This document shows, piece by piece, positions 36,196-46,289 of a stretch of DNA of 64,000 nucleotides. The notes under the pieces are model-generated. The model had not been told where the DNA came from. It made no database searches and saw only the letters and a program-made list of their open reading frames with translations. How positions within the stretch are numbered: the stretch's first letter is position 1; the number at the start of each line of letters is the position of its first letter. Source of the stretch: Candidatus Kapaibacterium sp. (lineage in GTDB: Bacteria; Bacteroidota; Ignavibacteria; Kapaibacteriales; NICIL-2); the NCBI GenBank assembly GCA_040398805.1, contig JBBATK010000001.1, positions 377,933 through 441,932 of the forward strand, read 5' to 3'. The position numbers and the translations under genes are program-made.

Positions 36196-37821
36196 TCATG
36201 CCTTTTGAGCGATGGACTTCGCTTGAAGGAACAAGAGCAGATAATCGCGTCCGCCCGCCTTGGAATCCGTACCGCTCATATTGAAGCCGCCGAACGGATG
36301 CACACCCACAAGGGCACCGGTGCACTTGCGGTTCAGGTAAAGATTACCCACGAAGAAGTCCCGTCGCGCCTGCTCGAGTTTCTTCGGATTCTTGGTATAG
36401 ACGGCACCCGTCAATCCGTACTTCGTGCCGTTGGCGATGGCCATGGCATGGTCGAAGTTGTTGGACTTGATGACAGCCAAGACCGGACCGAAGATCTCCT
36501 CTTGAGCGATCACATCGTTCGGTTTCACATCCGCGATAACGGTGGGTTCGATATAGTATCCGTCCAGCCCGGCCACACGCTTACCGCCAACAACGAGACG
36601 TCCTTCCTTGGCACCGATGCCGATGTACTTCAGGATGGTCTTCATGGCGCGCTCGCTGACGACGGGGCCGACAGGATAGTTCGCTTTCGGATCGCCCTGC
36701 TGGAGCTCCAGGGTCGCCACGGCGACCTTCTCGACGAATTCCTTATACACGCTCTTGTCAACGATGACCCGTGAACACGCCGAGCACTTCTGACCTTGGA
36801 AGCCGAAGGCGGCCGCCACCGTGCCTTTGACCGCCTCGTCGATATCCGTCTCGGCATCGACGATGATGGCATCCTTGCCGCCCATCTCCGCCACGACGCG
36901 CTTGATCCAGATCTGACCGGGCGATGTCTTCGCTGCGAGCTCATTGACGCGAAGTCCCACTTCCATGGAACCGGTGAACGAGATGAACCGCGTGGACGCA
37001 TGCTGTACCAGATAGTCGCCCGCCTCTGCACCACTGGAAACGAGGAAGTTCAGGACACCCTTCGGCAATCCGATCTCGCGCATGATATCGGCAAAAAGCC
37101 AGCCCATCATGGGCGACTCCGACGAGGGCTTCAGGACGACCGTATTGCCCGTGACAATGGCCGCGGAGGTCATGCCGACGAGAATGGCAAAAGGGAAATT
37201 CCACGGCGGGATGACAACGCCCACGCCGAGCGGGATGTAGACAAGCTCGTTCCTCTCGCCGATGGCCGGAACGATGGGTTGCTTTCCACCATAGCGCAGG
37301 GCTTCCCGTCCGTAGAACTCCAAGAAGTCGATGGCTTCGCAGGTGTCGGCATCCGCTTCCAGATAGTTCTTCCCTACTTCCGATATCATCCAGGCGTTGA
37401 TCTCGGCTCTGCGGTCACGAATGATACGCGCCGCCTTGAACAGGTATTCCGCACGTTCCTTCACGGGCACGTTCTTCCACGACTCGAATGCTTTGACAGC
37501 AGCCTGAATGGCCTTCTCGGCATCGGGGATACCGGACTTCTGAAACACACCGACAACCTCGGCGGGTTGCGCAGGGTTCACAGAAACGGTTTTCTTTTCC
37601 GTGACGACTTTCTTACCGTTGATGATGTTCGGATACTCCTTACCGAACTTCTTGCGCACCGCCTCAAGCGCGTTCTGCTGTCGCTCCAGCGGTTGTTTCT
37701 TTGCGAAATCAAGGAATACCTCGTTTCTGAACTCTTTCATTTGTTTTCCTTCGATAAACATGAGACAATCTGTTTTCACTTTTTCTCTGACCGTCATTTC
37801 ATTCGAGTTCGTCATGCGCAC
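36196..37821 (-). CDS. pruA: L-glutamate gamma-semialdehyde (1-pyrroline-5-carboxylate) dehydrogenase, aldehyde dehydrogenase family
   Basis: ALDH catalytic context ...ELGGKD... and ...FGFQGQKCSACSRVIV. Length of ~540 aa with an N-terminal extension is typical of the stand-alone P5CDH of the FCB group. Confidence 0.8.
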   Translation of the reverse strand: MRMTNSNEMTVREKVKTDCLMFIEGKQMKEFRNEVFLDFAKKQPLERQQNALEAVRKKFGKEYPNIINGKKVVTEKKTVSVNPAQPAEVVGVFQKSGIPDAEKAIQAAVKAFESWKNVPVKERAEYLFKAARIIRDRRAEINAWMISEVGKNYLEADADTCEAIDFLEFYGREALRYGGKQPIVPAIGERNELVYIPLGVGVVIPPWNFPFAILVGMTSAAIVTGNTVVLKPSSESPMMGWLFADIMREIGLPKGVLNFLVSSGAEAGDYLVQHASTRFISFTGSMEVGLRVNELAAKTSPGQIWIKRVVAEMGGKDAIIVDAETDIDEAVKGTVAAAFGFQGQKCSACSRVIVDKSVYKEFVEKVAVATLELQQGDPKANYPVGPVVSERAMKTILKYIGIGAKEGRLVVGGKRVAGLDGYYIEPTVIADVKPNDVIAQEEIFGPVLAVIKSNNFDHAMAIANGTKYGLTGAVYTKNPKKLEQARRDFFVGNLYLNRKCTGALVGVHPFGGFNMSGTDSKAGGRDYLLLFLQAKSIAQKA

Positions 37822-37877
37822 CGCTTGATCGTCATCTGCTCGGTGTCACGCTTCCCGCCTGCAATCGACACGACGGT

Positions 37878-38630
37878 TCATGACTTCTGTACCGCCACGA
37901 CGGGCAGATACACGCGAACGACGGTTCCTTCCCTCTCCGTGGATGCTATCTGCAACATACCGTTGAGCTGTTTGACCAGTGAGTGCACCAGGAACAGTCC
38001 TAAGCCGGCATGACCATCGGCGGACCGTGTCGTGAAGAAGGGATGAGTCGCTACCGCAGCCGTCTCGGCCGACATTCCTGAACCCTTGTCACTGACGATG
38101 ATACACAGGCGATCACGCGGTGATATCCATGCGTTCGACTCCGTATTCGTCGTCGCGGGATCGAACATCAATTCCACCGTCACCGTCTCTGCAGCTGCTC
38201 CGGCCTCTATGGCATTGTGCAACAGGGCACCCACAATGTGCGAGAGGACTTCTGCGTCTGTATTGACGGTCCAACTCGTTCCGTCACGAACGACCAATCC
38301 CGCTGTGCTGCCAAGATGCGAGTGGGCATGGTCCATAAGCAACGCCACGACATCGTTTCGTGTAAGGACGGACGTGGAGTTCCTCGCCTCTCGCGAAAAC
38401 TCCAGGACGTTTCGCAGAAGTTCCGATGCTTTTCGTGCGGCTTGCTCGATCATCAGCAGGATGCGCATCGTCTTCTCGTCAGGGTCGTGACGCTGAAGCG
38501 TCTGCACCCCGAGAAGGATCGGCGAGAGATGGTTATTGAGGTCGTGAGCCAAACCTCCGGTCACTCTCCCCAATACCTGATAGTCCGACGACGGTGACGA
38601 AGACATGTTGAGCATCGGCAAGAGCCGCAC
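37878..38630 (-). CDS. Orphan cytoplasmic histidine-kinase core (HisKA + HATPase_c only, 250 aa)
   Basis: H-box GLAHDLNNHLSPI, N-box LLHNAIEA, G1/G2 boxes DKGSGM...GLGLFL. No TM or sensor domain. No response regulator found in the window. Confidence 0.75.
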   Translation of the reverse strand: MRLLPMLNMSSSPSSDYQVLGRVTGGLAHDLNNHLSPILLGVQTLQRHDPDEKTMRILLMIEQAARKASELLRNVLEFSREARNSTSVLTRNDVVALLMDHAHSHLGSTAGLVVRDGTSWTVNTDAEVLSHIVGALLHNAIEAGAAAETVTVELMFDPATTNTESNAWISPRDRLCIIVSDKGSGMSAETAAVATHPFFTTRSADGHAGLGLFLVHSLVKQLNGMLQIASTEREGTVVRVYLPVVAVQKS

Positions 38631-38655
38631 GTGATTAAGTGACTGCGAAATTACG

Positions 38656-39354
38656 GTGGAGCGGGTAAGTTGGTTCAGGAAACGCAGTCACACCACGAAC
38701 AAGATCGAATCCGTTATGGAACAACTCATCCACGTACTCCAGACATTTCCTTGGTGGGTTGTCATCCTCATCATCTTCGCCAACTCGTACATCGAGAACG
38801 TCCTCCCCATGGCACCGAGCGATGTCATCCTGGTGTTCATCGGTACCATGGTAAGCGTGGGAACGATCAGCTTCCCTGCGGCCCTTGTGGCATCCACTCT
38901 GGGTAGCACTCTCGGATTCCTCACGATGTTCCTCGTCGGGCGCAGTCTGGACCGGCGGGTCGTCGAGAGCGGTAAGTACTCCTTCGTACCTGTCCAATCC
39001 ATCCACAAGGTCGAGTCGTGGTTCCGCAAATACGGGTACGCCGTCATTGTCATCAATCGCTTTCTTTCCGGCACCAGAGCGGTCATCTCCGTCCTTGCAG
39101 GAATGTCGAACCTTCGAACACTGAAAAGCACGACCGCATGCACCATCAGCGCGCTCGTCTGGAACGCCGTGATACTCTACGCAGGGATGTCGTTAGGATC
39201 AAATTGGCGCTCCGTAGAATCGATCATGAGCACCTACTCTCAGGTCATCGGCGGCTTAACGGCCGTTGTCGTCCTCGTCATCCTCGTTCGGTGGTTCCTA
39301 CGCCGCAGAAGCCTCGCGCCGACGGGTGAATCCGGTCCGCCCGCAGAGAAGTGA
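38656..39354 (+). CDS. dedA: DedA/SNARE-associated (TVP38/TMEM64) family membrane protein
   Basis: Conserved DedA core ...SYIENVLPMAPSDVILVFIG...GRSLDRRVVESGKY...FRKYGYAVIVINRFLSGTRAVISVLAG. Probable true start at 38716. Confidence 0.8.
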   Translation: MERVSWFRKRSHTTNKIESVMEQLIHVLQTFPWWVVILIIFANSYIENVLPMAPSDVILVFIGTMVSVGTISFPAALVASTLGSTLGFLTMFLVGRSLDRRVVESGKYSFVPVQSIHKVESWFRKYGYAVIVINRFLSGTRAVISVLAGMSNLRTLKSTTACTISALVWNAVILYAGMSLGSNWRSVESIMSTYSQVIGGLTAVVVLVILVRWFLRRRSLAPTGESGPPAEK

Positions 39355-39449
39355 AAAGTAGCAGGAGGAGGAATGCGCGACGGTACTGTAGGAACACTCC
39401 GGAAGATACACGACGCAAACGCCATCTTCATGAACGGCGCGCCGTCTCC

Positions 39450-40049
39450 TCAACGTCCCACGGCGGAACAATCAGCAAGCGCCACGTATGACGAACCGGG
39501 AAACTCGCGACGGAACTGTTTGAACACCTTCACGGCGTCGTCGACATTGCCCTCGGCACAGAAGACATGCCCAAGGCGGAGAAGGCATTTCTCACGGACG
39601 CTCACGGTGAGTCCGACATTCTTCAAGACAGCGGCAAACTGACGTCGGGCATCCGGGAGTTTGTTCTGCATGACGAACATCTCACCGAGAAGGAATCGCG
39701 CTTCATCGGTCACGGAGTCGCGTTCCTCGCCGGTTTCCAAGAGCATCCTGATTTCGTCCTCGGCTACCGGAAACTTCTGCTCATCCACATGGAGCTTTGC
39801 CGAAGCCAACAACGTTTCCAGTGACGTGCGTTGTTGTCCATTTATCTCGACCACACTGGTATCGGTGAACTGTCGAGAGGGCGGAACGACCATTTTCTGC
39901 GTCTGCGCACTGGAACCGCGCCAGGACGCACGGTCGCGCGGTGGTGTATCCAGCAGTCTGCTCCGTGGAGTCTGGAGGCATCCCGCCAGGGCGACCAGCG
40001 CTATCGGTCCCATCCATGAGAAACGCACACGCACAAGCAACACAGTCAA
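39450..40049 (-). CDS. Hypothetical lipoprotein with TPR-like helical repeats
   Basis: Lipobox LVALAGC; the C-terminal half carries 2-3 TPR-like units. Confidence 0.5.
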   Translation of the reverse strand: MTVLLVRVRFSWMGPIALVALAGCLQTPRSRLLDTPPRDRASWRGSSAQTQKMVVPPSRQFTDTSVVEINGQQRTSLETLLASAKLHVDEQKFPVAEDEIRMLLETGEERDSVTDEARFLLGEMFVMQNKLPDARRQFAAVLKNVGLTVSVREKCLLRLGHVFCAEGNVDDAVKVFKQFRREFPGSSYVALADCSAVGR

Positions 40050-40084
40050 TGAAACAATGAGATATTACCAGAAGACCGAACAGA

Positions 40085-40909
40085 TCACTCCGTTCCGTCG
40101 CCCGGCCACCACGTGATATCGATACTGTCCTCCCCTCCATCCACGCCGATGATCTGTCCGTTCACCCAGTGGCTTTCCGGACGGGCAATGAGCGTGATCA
40201 TGTCGGCCACGCGCTCCGGCGTCGTGAGGTCGTGATAGGGATTGCGGATGACAGCATTACGGAGAAGGACCTTGCTTCCCGGTATCTTCCGAAGGGCAGG
40301 CGTGTCGGTGACGCCCGCACGGATGGTGTTACACGTGATCCGATAGGGGGCAAGCTCAAGGGCAAGTTGACGGGTGACCGACTCAAGGGCCGCCTTGGCA
40401 GCGGAGACGGCACCGTACATGGGCAGACTTCGGTGACTTCCCGCACTGGTGAGCGAAAGGATACGACCGCCCTCCAACAACAGTCCGGCGAAATGCAGGT
40501 CCTGCACCCAATACACGAGCGACGTCCCCATGACATCGATCGTCATCTCCATCTGCTTTTGATTCAACACCTCATCGCGCTTGTCGGCTATGAACGGCTT
40601 CAGCGAACCGAACGCCAGCGAATGAAGGACCAGATGGACTCCGGCACCAGGGTAGTGAGCCAGCTCTTCACGGATCTTAGTGACGACTTCCGTCCGCCGC
40701 TGTTCGTCGGCGGCGTTCACGTTATAGAACGTGCTCCGCACTCCGTGAGACGCGATCTCCGCCTTCAGTTCTTCCACCTGCTGCATTCCCGCGGCACGGT
40801 CCATATGCACACCGAGTATATGATACCCTTGTCGACAAAGAGCTTGCACGGCGGCCTTACCGAAGCCGCTCGATGCTCCCAACACCAATACGTACTTGTC
40901 CTTTTCCAT
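40085..40909 (-). CDS. SDR-family oxidoreductase with a FabI/FabL-type Y-x6-K active site (putative enoyl-ACP reductase)
   Basis: Rossmann motif VLGASSGFGKA. The catalytic segment LPMYGAVSAAKAAL has Tyr-x6-Lys spacing, diagnostic of the enoyl-ACP reductase branch rather than classical YxxxK. Confidence 0.6.
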   Translation of the reverse strand: MEKDKYVLVLGASSGFGKAAVQALCRQGYHILGVHMDRAAGMQQVEELKAEIASHGVRSTFYNVNAADEQRRTEVVTKIREELAHYPGAGVHLVLHSLAFGSLKPFIADKRDEVLNQKQMEMTIDVMGTSLVYWVQDLHFAGLLLEGGRILSLTSAGSHRSLPMYGAVSAAKAALESVTRQLALELAPYRITCNTIRAGVTDTPALRKIPGSKVLLRNAVIRNPYHDLTTPERVADMITLIARPESHWVNGQIIGVDGGEDSIDITWWPGDGTE

Positions 40910-40915
40910 AGTTCA

Positions 40916-41491
40916 CTAATCGCGAGATGAAGGTGGTGAAACAAAGTCCTGTAACCGAGCGCCGGAGCGAGGTACAAGTACCTCCGCCTGCCCTACATAT
41001 AACGTGTCCCGTTGCATGATACGATAGATGTCCGAGAACCTGACTGCATAATACCCAAGCGAATCGGTGCCAAGCTTTTTAAATAACTCATCTTTTGCAC
41101 GATCTCCCCCGGACATCTGGAAACGACGTACACGGTCCAACTCCTGTACGTGGTCGGGCTGGTAAAAATACGTTATTACTTGCACCGGCATGGATGCACT
41201 CACCGAATCGGGCACCAAGGCATGATACATCGTCGTCGCATACTGCCGAAACAGCAACGAGTCCACACCGTCCACCTCCACAAGGTTGAAAACCGTCCGG
41301 ACACCGTCCGGCGTCGTGTTGTCGCTCCGATCCACAAGGTTCATCGAGATATGGGAACGCGGCGACGGCAAAAGCAGCGACGCAGCCCCAAGGAGAAGAA
41401 TGCCTGCCAGTGTCAAGCGTATGGTGACCATCGAACGCATAAGCATGTACGTGTTATTGTGTGAACGACGTCGCGCCGGTAAGGAGCGCAA
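40916..41491 (-). CDS. Hypothetical secreted protein
   Basis: An internal start (MRSMVTIRLTLAGILLLGAASLLL) gives a signal peptide. No recognisable domain. Its 5' end overlaps the upstream gene by 38 nt. Confidence 0.4.
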   Translation of the reverse strand: MRSLPARRRSHNNTYMLMRSMVTIRLTLAGILLLGAASLLLPSPRSHISMNLVDRSDNTTPDGVRTVFNLVEVDGVDSLLFRQYATTMYHALVPDSVSASMPVQVITYFYQPDHVQELDRVRRFQMSGGDRAKDELFKKLGTDSLGYYAVRFSDIYRIMQRDTLYVGQAEVLVPRSGARLQDFVSPPSSRD

Positions 41492-42146
41492 CGGACCACA
41501 TGGAAAATCCTATACTGAACGGAATGGAAACATTGTCATCCATGCGGAATCTTGGCGAAAGGTTCTCCACGATGGCACCGATGATGCTTCCCATGACTCC
41601 GGCAATCATGAACCCATCCGATTCTCCGAACAGTCTCATGATGACCACGACGACGATAACGGCGGAGACGGCGAACGCCAGCGTGCCTTCAAGACTCTTG
41701 TCGAGAAACCGATGCCGACCGAAGCGTCGACCGATCAACGCGGCGCAGATATCGCTGACGATGAGGATGGCGAAGGCCGTGACCGCAATGAGTTTGGGAA
41801 AGACAAGGATGCACAGACACGCCGCGATGAGGACGTATGAGGCCCCGTTCAGGGCTATCCTGTTCACCTCCAGCTCGTGCGTCCGCATCATGAATCCGAA
41901 ATATCGCAGAAGTACGGTACGGATGACACCGCTACGGTGCCCGGCGATATCCACCAGGACGAAGAGGAGCGTTATCGGTACCAGAATCCAGAGGACCGTC
42001 GATGGCGGCAGGACCGCATACATGACCGGTATGGATAACGACATGAAGTGAATGCCTTTGCGTAACACCTCGGAGCGGTATGTAATCTGCCGATTTTCCG
42101 TCATTCCGTATTTTTGAGCATTCCTTTTGAAACGACCCCATGCCAA
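41454..42146 (-). CDS. CTP_transf_1-family membrane protein (CdsA/dolichol-kinase-like cytidylyltransferase/kinase)
   Basis: Six to seven TM helices. The C-terminal segment SDICAALIGRRFGRHRFLDKSLEGTLAF matches the CdsA signature SD..A...G..FGKHKL...SPKKT.EG. It is shorter (~215-230 aa) than canonical CdsA. Confidence 0.55.
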   Translation of the reverse strand: MAWGRFKRNAQKYGMTENRQITYRSEVLRKGIHFMSLSIPVMYAVLPPSTVLWILVPITLLFVLVDIAGHRSGVIRTVLLRYFGFMMRTHELEVNRIALNGASYVLIAACLCILVFPKLIAVTAFAILIVSDICAALIGRRFGRHRFLDKSLEGTLAFAVSAVIVVVVIMRLFGESDGFMIAGVMGSIIGAIVENLSPRFRMDDNVSIPFSIGFSMWSVALLTGATSFTQ

Positions 42147-43000
42147 CGATCGCCGCCTACGCGAAAATCAACCTCGGACTCGAGGTTCTTCATAAACGCC
42201 CGGACGGTTATCATGAGATCAACACGATTTTCTCGCGAGTATCCCTCCACGACACCGTTACCGTCGAACCGAGCACAGTCCTGAGCGTCACCTGCCCTCA
42301 GCTTCCGAACCTTCGGGAGAGCGACAATCTCGTGTTCAAGGCAGCGATGGCCTTGCAGGACGCGTATTCCGTTCGAGCAGGGGCAAAAATAACCATCGAC
42401 AAGCACATACCGCTTGGAGCGGGTCTGGGTGGGGGGAGCAGCGATGCGGCTTCCGCATTGCTCGGTTTGCGTTCGCTCTGGAATATCCCCTGCTCACGAG
42501 AAGACCTGCATCCTCTCGCCTGCTCGCTTGGTGCGGATGTTCCGTTCTTCCTCGGTACCGACGACGCTCTTGCCGGTGGTATAGGAGACAAACTCGCGCC
42601 TCTTTCCCTGGGTCTGCCGTACTACGTCCTTCTCGTGTTTCCGGGTGTGGAGGTTTCGACACCACGTGCCTATGCCATGCTGGGCCGAACAACCGCATCT
42701 CGGCCCGTCACGTCGCTCGAGGACATCGTCCGCACCTTGCATGCGGAACATACCGACTACGTCGCCGTGCCCAATGATTTCGAGAGCGTCGTCTTTGCCG
42801 AACACCCGACGTTGGGTCGGATCGCCGACGATATGAAACGAAGCTCGTGCACCTCCGTGTTCATGAGCGGTTCGGGTTCCACGATCGTCGGACTCTACCG
42901 GCGTCGCGAGGACGCACTCCTTCAGGCGAAATCCCTTTCCACCGTTCGCAGTTGTGTCTGTTCCTTCGTTCACCATGTAGAGGATGAATTCCACCTATGA
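42140..43000 (+). CDS. ispE: 4-diphosphocytidyl-2-C-methyl-D-erythritol kinase (MEP pathway)
   Basis: GHMP kinase motifs: AYAKINLGLEVL...KHIPLGAGLGGGSSDAAS. 286 aa. Confidence 0.9.
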   Translation: MPTIAAYAKINLGLEVLHKRPDGYHEINTIFSRVSLHDTVTVEPSTVLSVTCPQLPNLRESDNLVFKAAMALQDAYSVRAGAKITIDKHIPLGAGLGGGSSDAASALLGLRSLWNIPCSREDLHPLACSLGADVPFFLGTDDALAGGIGDKLAPLSLGLPYYVLLVFPGVEVSTPRAYAMLGRTTASRPVTSLEDIVRTLHAEHTDYVAVPNDFESVVFAEHPTLGRIADDMKRSSCTSVFMSGSGSTIVGLYRRREDALLQAKSLSTVRSCVCSFVHHVEDEFHL

Positions 43001-44475
43001 ACATTCTCTCCATCGCAGCGGAATGCGCGCCTTATGCCAAGATGGGTGGACTTGCGGATGTCGTCTCCTCGCTCTCCAAAGAGTGGCAAGGGGCAGGACA
43101 TACCGCAAGCATCGTTCTGCCCAAGTATTCTTCGGTGGATGAGACCAGATTCTCCCTCGAGCGGACCGATATGGTCCTGAGTGTTCCCATGTCGTACTGG
43201 ACGGAATATGCCCACGTTTGGCGCGGTACCCTGCCGAACAGTTCGGCAACCGTCTATTTCTTGGAGAACGCCGACTATTTCCAGCGCAACGGAATCTACG
43301 GGAACCCGGACGGGTTCCCCGACAACGATCGTCGGTTCACGTTCCTCTGCCGCGCCGCCTGCGAGCTTGCCTGCGCTCTCGGCAACCCCATCGATATCGT
43401 TCATGCGCACGACTATCACGCCGCTCTTACCATTCCTTTCGTGCATCTCCACTATCGCACGCATCCGGTCTTTCAGAAGACGGCATCGGTGTACACCATC
43501 CACAACATGGCGTTCCAAGGACAAAGCGATCCGCGTCGCATCCTCGAGTTCGCCTCCCTTCGGCCCAACCCGTTTCGCGGCTCCTGGTTGGAGCACGATG
43601 GTGTCGTCAATCTCATGAAGGCGGGAATCATGTATGCGGATAAAATCACGACGGTGAGTCCGACCTACGCACAAGAGATCCGGTGGACACGCAATGGCGA
43701 GGGCATGCAGGAGTATCTTGGCTTGCGAGCTGCCGACCTTATCGGTGTTCTCAATGGTGCCGACTACGACGAATGGAATCCCATGGTGGATACGCATATC
43801 GCCAACACGTATTCCCCCAACGACCTGCCGAAGAAGGCCAGCGTGAAGGCCGCACTGCTCCGCAATTCTCTTCCGGTACATGACGATACGCCCGAGCTTC
43901 CGCTTGTCGGCATGGTGTCGCGCCTGACCGCCCAGAAAGGCGTCGATCTGCTGGAGTCCGTCCTTGAGCCCTTACTGCAAACCGGACGTCTGCGTTTCGT
44001 CCTACTTGGGAGCGGCGATGCCGCATCGGAGCAGTACTTCCGGCATCTTGGCTCGCGGTATCCCTCTCGTGCGCTCATCAAGATCGGGTACAACAATGTG
44101 CTCTCCCATTCCATCATTGCAGGCTCTGATTTCCTGCTTGTGCCTTCCCTCTTCGAGCCCTGCGGTTTGACCCAGATCTACGCGATGAAGTACGGAACGG
44201 TACCCATCGTGCGGGCTACCGGCGGACTTCGCGACACGGTGCATGAGTACGATCCCACGTCCATGTCCGGAACAGGTTTCCTCTTCGAACGGTATGCGTC
44301 CTCGGATCTGTTCGATACCGTCATGAGAGCGATCGACCATTTCGGCCGTGAGCCGCATTGGACCGCGCTCCGCACGAATGGCATGGCAATGGATTATTCC
44401 TCCTCCCGCAGCGCCGAAGAGTATCTTTCCGTGTTCACGTGGGCGTTGGAACGCCGACGATCCCTCCATTCATAG
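42997..44475 (+). CDS. glgA: Glycogen synthase (ADP-glucose type, GT5)
   Basis: MNILSIAAECAPYAKMGGLADVV (KTGGL-type motif). Full-length 492 aa with GT-B fold regions. Confidence 0.88.
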   Translation: MNILSIAAECAPYAKMGGLADVVSSLSKEWQGAGHTASIVLPKYSSVDETRFSLERTDMVLSVPMSYWTEYAHVWRGTLPNSSATVYFLENADYFQRNGIYGNPDGFPDNDRRFTFLCRAACELACALGNPIDIVHAHDYHAALTIPFVHLHYRTHPVFQKTASVYTIHNMAFQGQSDPRRILEFASLRPNPFRGSWLEHDGVVNLMKAGIMYADKITTVSPTYAQEIRWTRNGEGMQEYLGLRAADLIGVLNGADYDEWNPMVDTHIANTYSPNDLPKKASVKAALLRNSLPVHDDTPELPLVGMVSRLTAQKGVDLLESVLEPLLQTGRLRFVLLGSGDAASEQYFRHLGSRYPSRALIKIGYNNVLSHSIIAGSDFLLVPSLFEPCGLTQIYAMKYGTVPIVRATGGLRDTVHEYDPTSMSGTGFLFERYASSDLFDTVMRAIDHFGREPHWTALRTNGMAMDYSSSRSAEEYLSVFTWALERRRSLHS

Positions 44476-44484
44476 ACACCGCAC

Positions 44485-45396
44485 ATGGCCTCACTCCGAA
44501 CATCCATCCCTGGCGTCATCGGCATCTGCCTGCTTCTCTCGTCGGGTTGCACGCAGCGCCGTGCTGACGGAACGCCGTCCTCCGGCGAGCATCAGGTCGT
44601 TTCCGGTATTGCGTCGCTCTCGAAGGTCCGTCTGCCCTCGTCCATGACGGTGTTCGGCGAGCCGATACCACTCGATAACACCGAGGTGCGGGAACGATGC
44701 GAACGGGAGCTGTATCTCAACCTGCAAGCCCCCGGTCAGTTGATCCTCAATATCAAGCGCAGCGGACGTTACTTCGCCCTGTTCTCGGCAATAGCTAAGG
44801 AACAAGGAATACCGGACGACGTCCGGTATCTTGCCGTCGCCGAGAGCGCGCTCTATATGACACGTTCGCAGAAGGATGCGGTAGGACTCTGGCAGTTTCT
44901 CGAAGGAACGGCGCAATCGTACGGTCTGCGGGTGGACGATTTTGTGGACGAGCGCAAGCATGTGACGAAGTCGACACGCGCCGCCTTTCGATATCTCAAG
45001 GATGCCTATCGTCTGTTCGGTTCATGGACGCTGGCTGCAGCGTCCTACAACATGGGCATGGAGGGTGTGCGTTCATCCTTGAGGCTACAACGGACGACGA
45101 ATTACTTCGACACCTACCTGAACGACGAAACGTCGCGGTATGTTCCCCGTATCGCTATCATCAAGGAATTGATGGAGCATGGCGACCGCTATGGACTCTC
45201 CGTGCCTTCGGGACAACAGTACGCCGATCCCGATACCAGAACGGTCGTTGAGACCGGTCCCATAAGCGACCTGGCTGCGTGGGCACAGAAACACGCGTGT
45301 TCCTACAAGGAGGTGAAGCTGCTCAACCCGTGGATACTCGGTGGCGCGCTCCCGCATCCCCGCGGTCGGTGGGAGATACTCGTACCTAAAAAATGA
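44485..45396 (+). CDS. Lytic murein transglycosylase (SLT/MltD-like) lipoprotein
   Basis: Lipobox LLSSGC. SLT catalytic region ...LAVAESALYMTRSQKDAVGLWQF...YNMGMEGV, with the catalytic Glu in the AESAL motif. Confidence 0.78.
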   Translation: MASLRTSIPGVIGICLLLSSGCTQRRADGTPSSGEHQVVSGIASLSKVRLPSSMTVFGEPIPLDNTEVRERCERELYLNLQAPGQLILNIKRSGRYFALFSAIAKEQGIPDDVRYLAVAESALYMTRSQKDAVGLWQFLEGTAQSYGLRVDDFVDERKHVTKSTRAAFRYLKDAYRLFGSWTLAAASYNMGMEGVRSSLRLQRTTNYFDTYLNDETSRYVPRIAIIKELMEHGDRYGLSVPSGQQYADPDTRTVVETGPISDLAAWAQKHACSYKEVKLLNPWILGGALPHPRGRWEILVPKK

Positions 45397-45398
45397 AC

Positions 45399-45424
45399 AA
45401 GGGTCCGCAATCACGCGGACCCTT
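45399..45424. terminator. Hairpin terminator between convergent genes
   Basis: AAGGGTCCGC-AATCAC-GCGGACCCTT: a perfect 10-bp stem immediately after the MltD-like stop. Weak U-tract. Confidence 0.5.
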
Positions 45425-45455
45425 GAAGATTATCGGAACAGAGGTGATGCCAGAC

Positions 45456-46220
45456 CTATTTCTGGTACACCGGAGAGTCGGGCTTCATGACGTTTCCGTA
45501 TGCCGATATCTCCATGTTCGGGAAGTCAGGGTTGTTCGTCGTGAACTTGATCATGGCATTGAAATACCCTTCCGTCTGAGGAACGAAGGTTCCTTCGAGT
45601 TCCACTTCGGCACCGGGCTTCACTTCCACCTTCTTCTTCAGGCTGATGAGCAATCCGTTCGTGGCTTCGAAGTTGTCGAGTTCAAGGACCTTTGTCGAGT
45701 TGTTCTTAATTGAAATCTTTTGCTTCGACGCCTTACCGATGGTGAGGTCGTTGAACGCCATGTACGGCATCGACAACGTCACCTCGCGAACGACTTGCGC
45801 CTTGAGATAGATGATCTTCGATGCGTTCGCAGGGTCATTGCTGTAGACGGTGATCGTCTTGGTGATCATGCCCGTGACCGTTGCGACATTGAGAGAGACA
45901 TCGACGATGCCGGACTCGCCCTGGTTCAAGGTATCCTTGTCGATCTTCGTCGCCGTGCAACCGCAGCCCGCTTTCACCTCTTTGATGTACAACGTGCCGA
46001 CACCGGTATTCGTGAGTTTGATCTTCGCCTTCAGCGGCGAATCCTTGGGCTTGACGTTGCCCCAATCGTAGGTATCACCGCCAACGATCTCGAGTTTGGG
46101 ATCGCCACCGGCATATGCTGCCGTCGTTCCGCCGCACAGCATGATGGCCGCGGCAACTGCCAATGAGTAGAATATCTTCATGAGTATTGAATGATAGTGA
46201 ATGATGATTCGATGACACAA
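45456..46220 (-). CDS. DUF1573-domain secreted protein (PapD-like/Ig-like fold; FCB-group specific)
   Basis: Signal peptide (MKIFYSLAVAAAIMLCGG; the likely start is at 46181). Two Ig-like repeats with the DUF1573 hallmark ...LYIKEVKAGCGCT.... Confidence 0.7.
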   Translation of the reverse strand: MCHRIIIHYHSILMKIFYSLAVAAAIMLCGGTTAAYAGGDPKLEIVGGDTYDWGNVKPKDSPLKAKIKLTNTGVGTLYIKEVKAGCGCTATKIDKDTLNQGESGIVDVSLNVATVTGMITKTITVYSNDPANASKIIYLKAQVVREVTLSMPYMAFNDLTIGKASKQKISIKNNSTKVLELDNFEATNGLLISLKKKVEVKPGAEVELEGTFVPQTEGYFNAMIKFTTNNPDFPNMEISAYGNVMKPDSPVYQK

Positions 46221-46289
46221 TGACGAGGTAGCGATCGCATACGTATGGTCGCTCCCCCGATTCTTCTTTGTCCGATAGTCGTCGTACGG

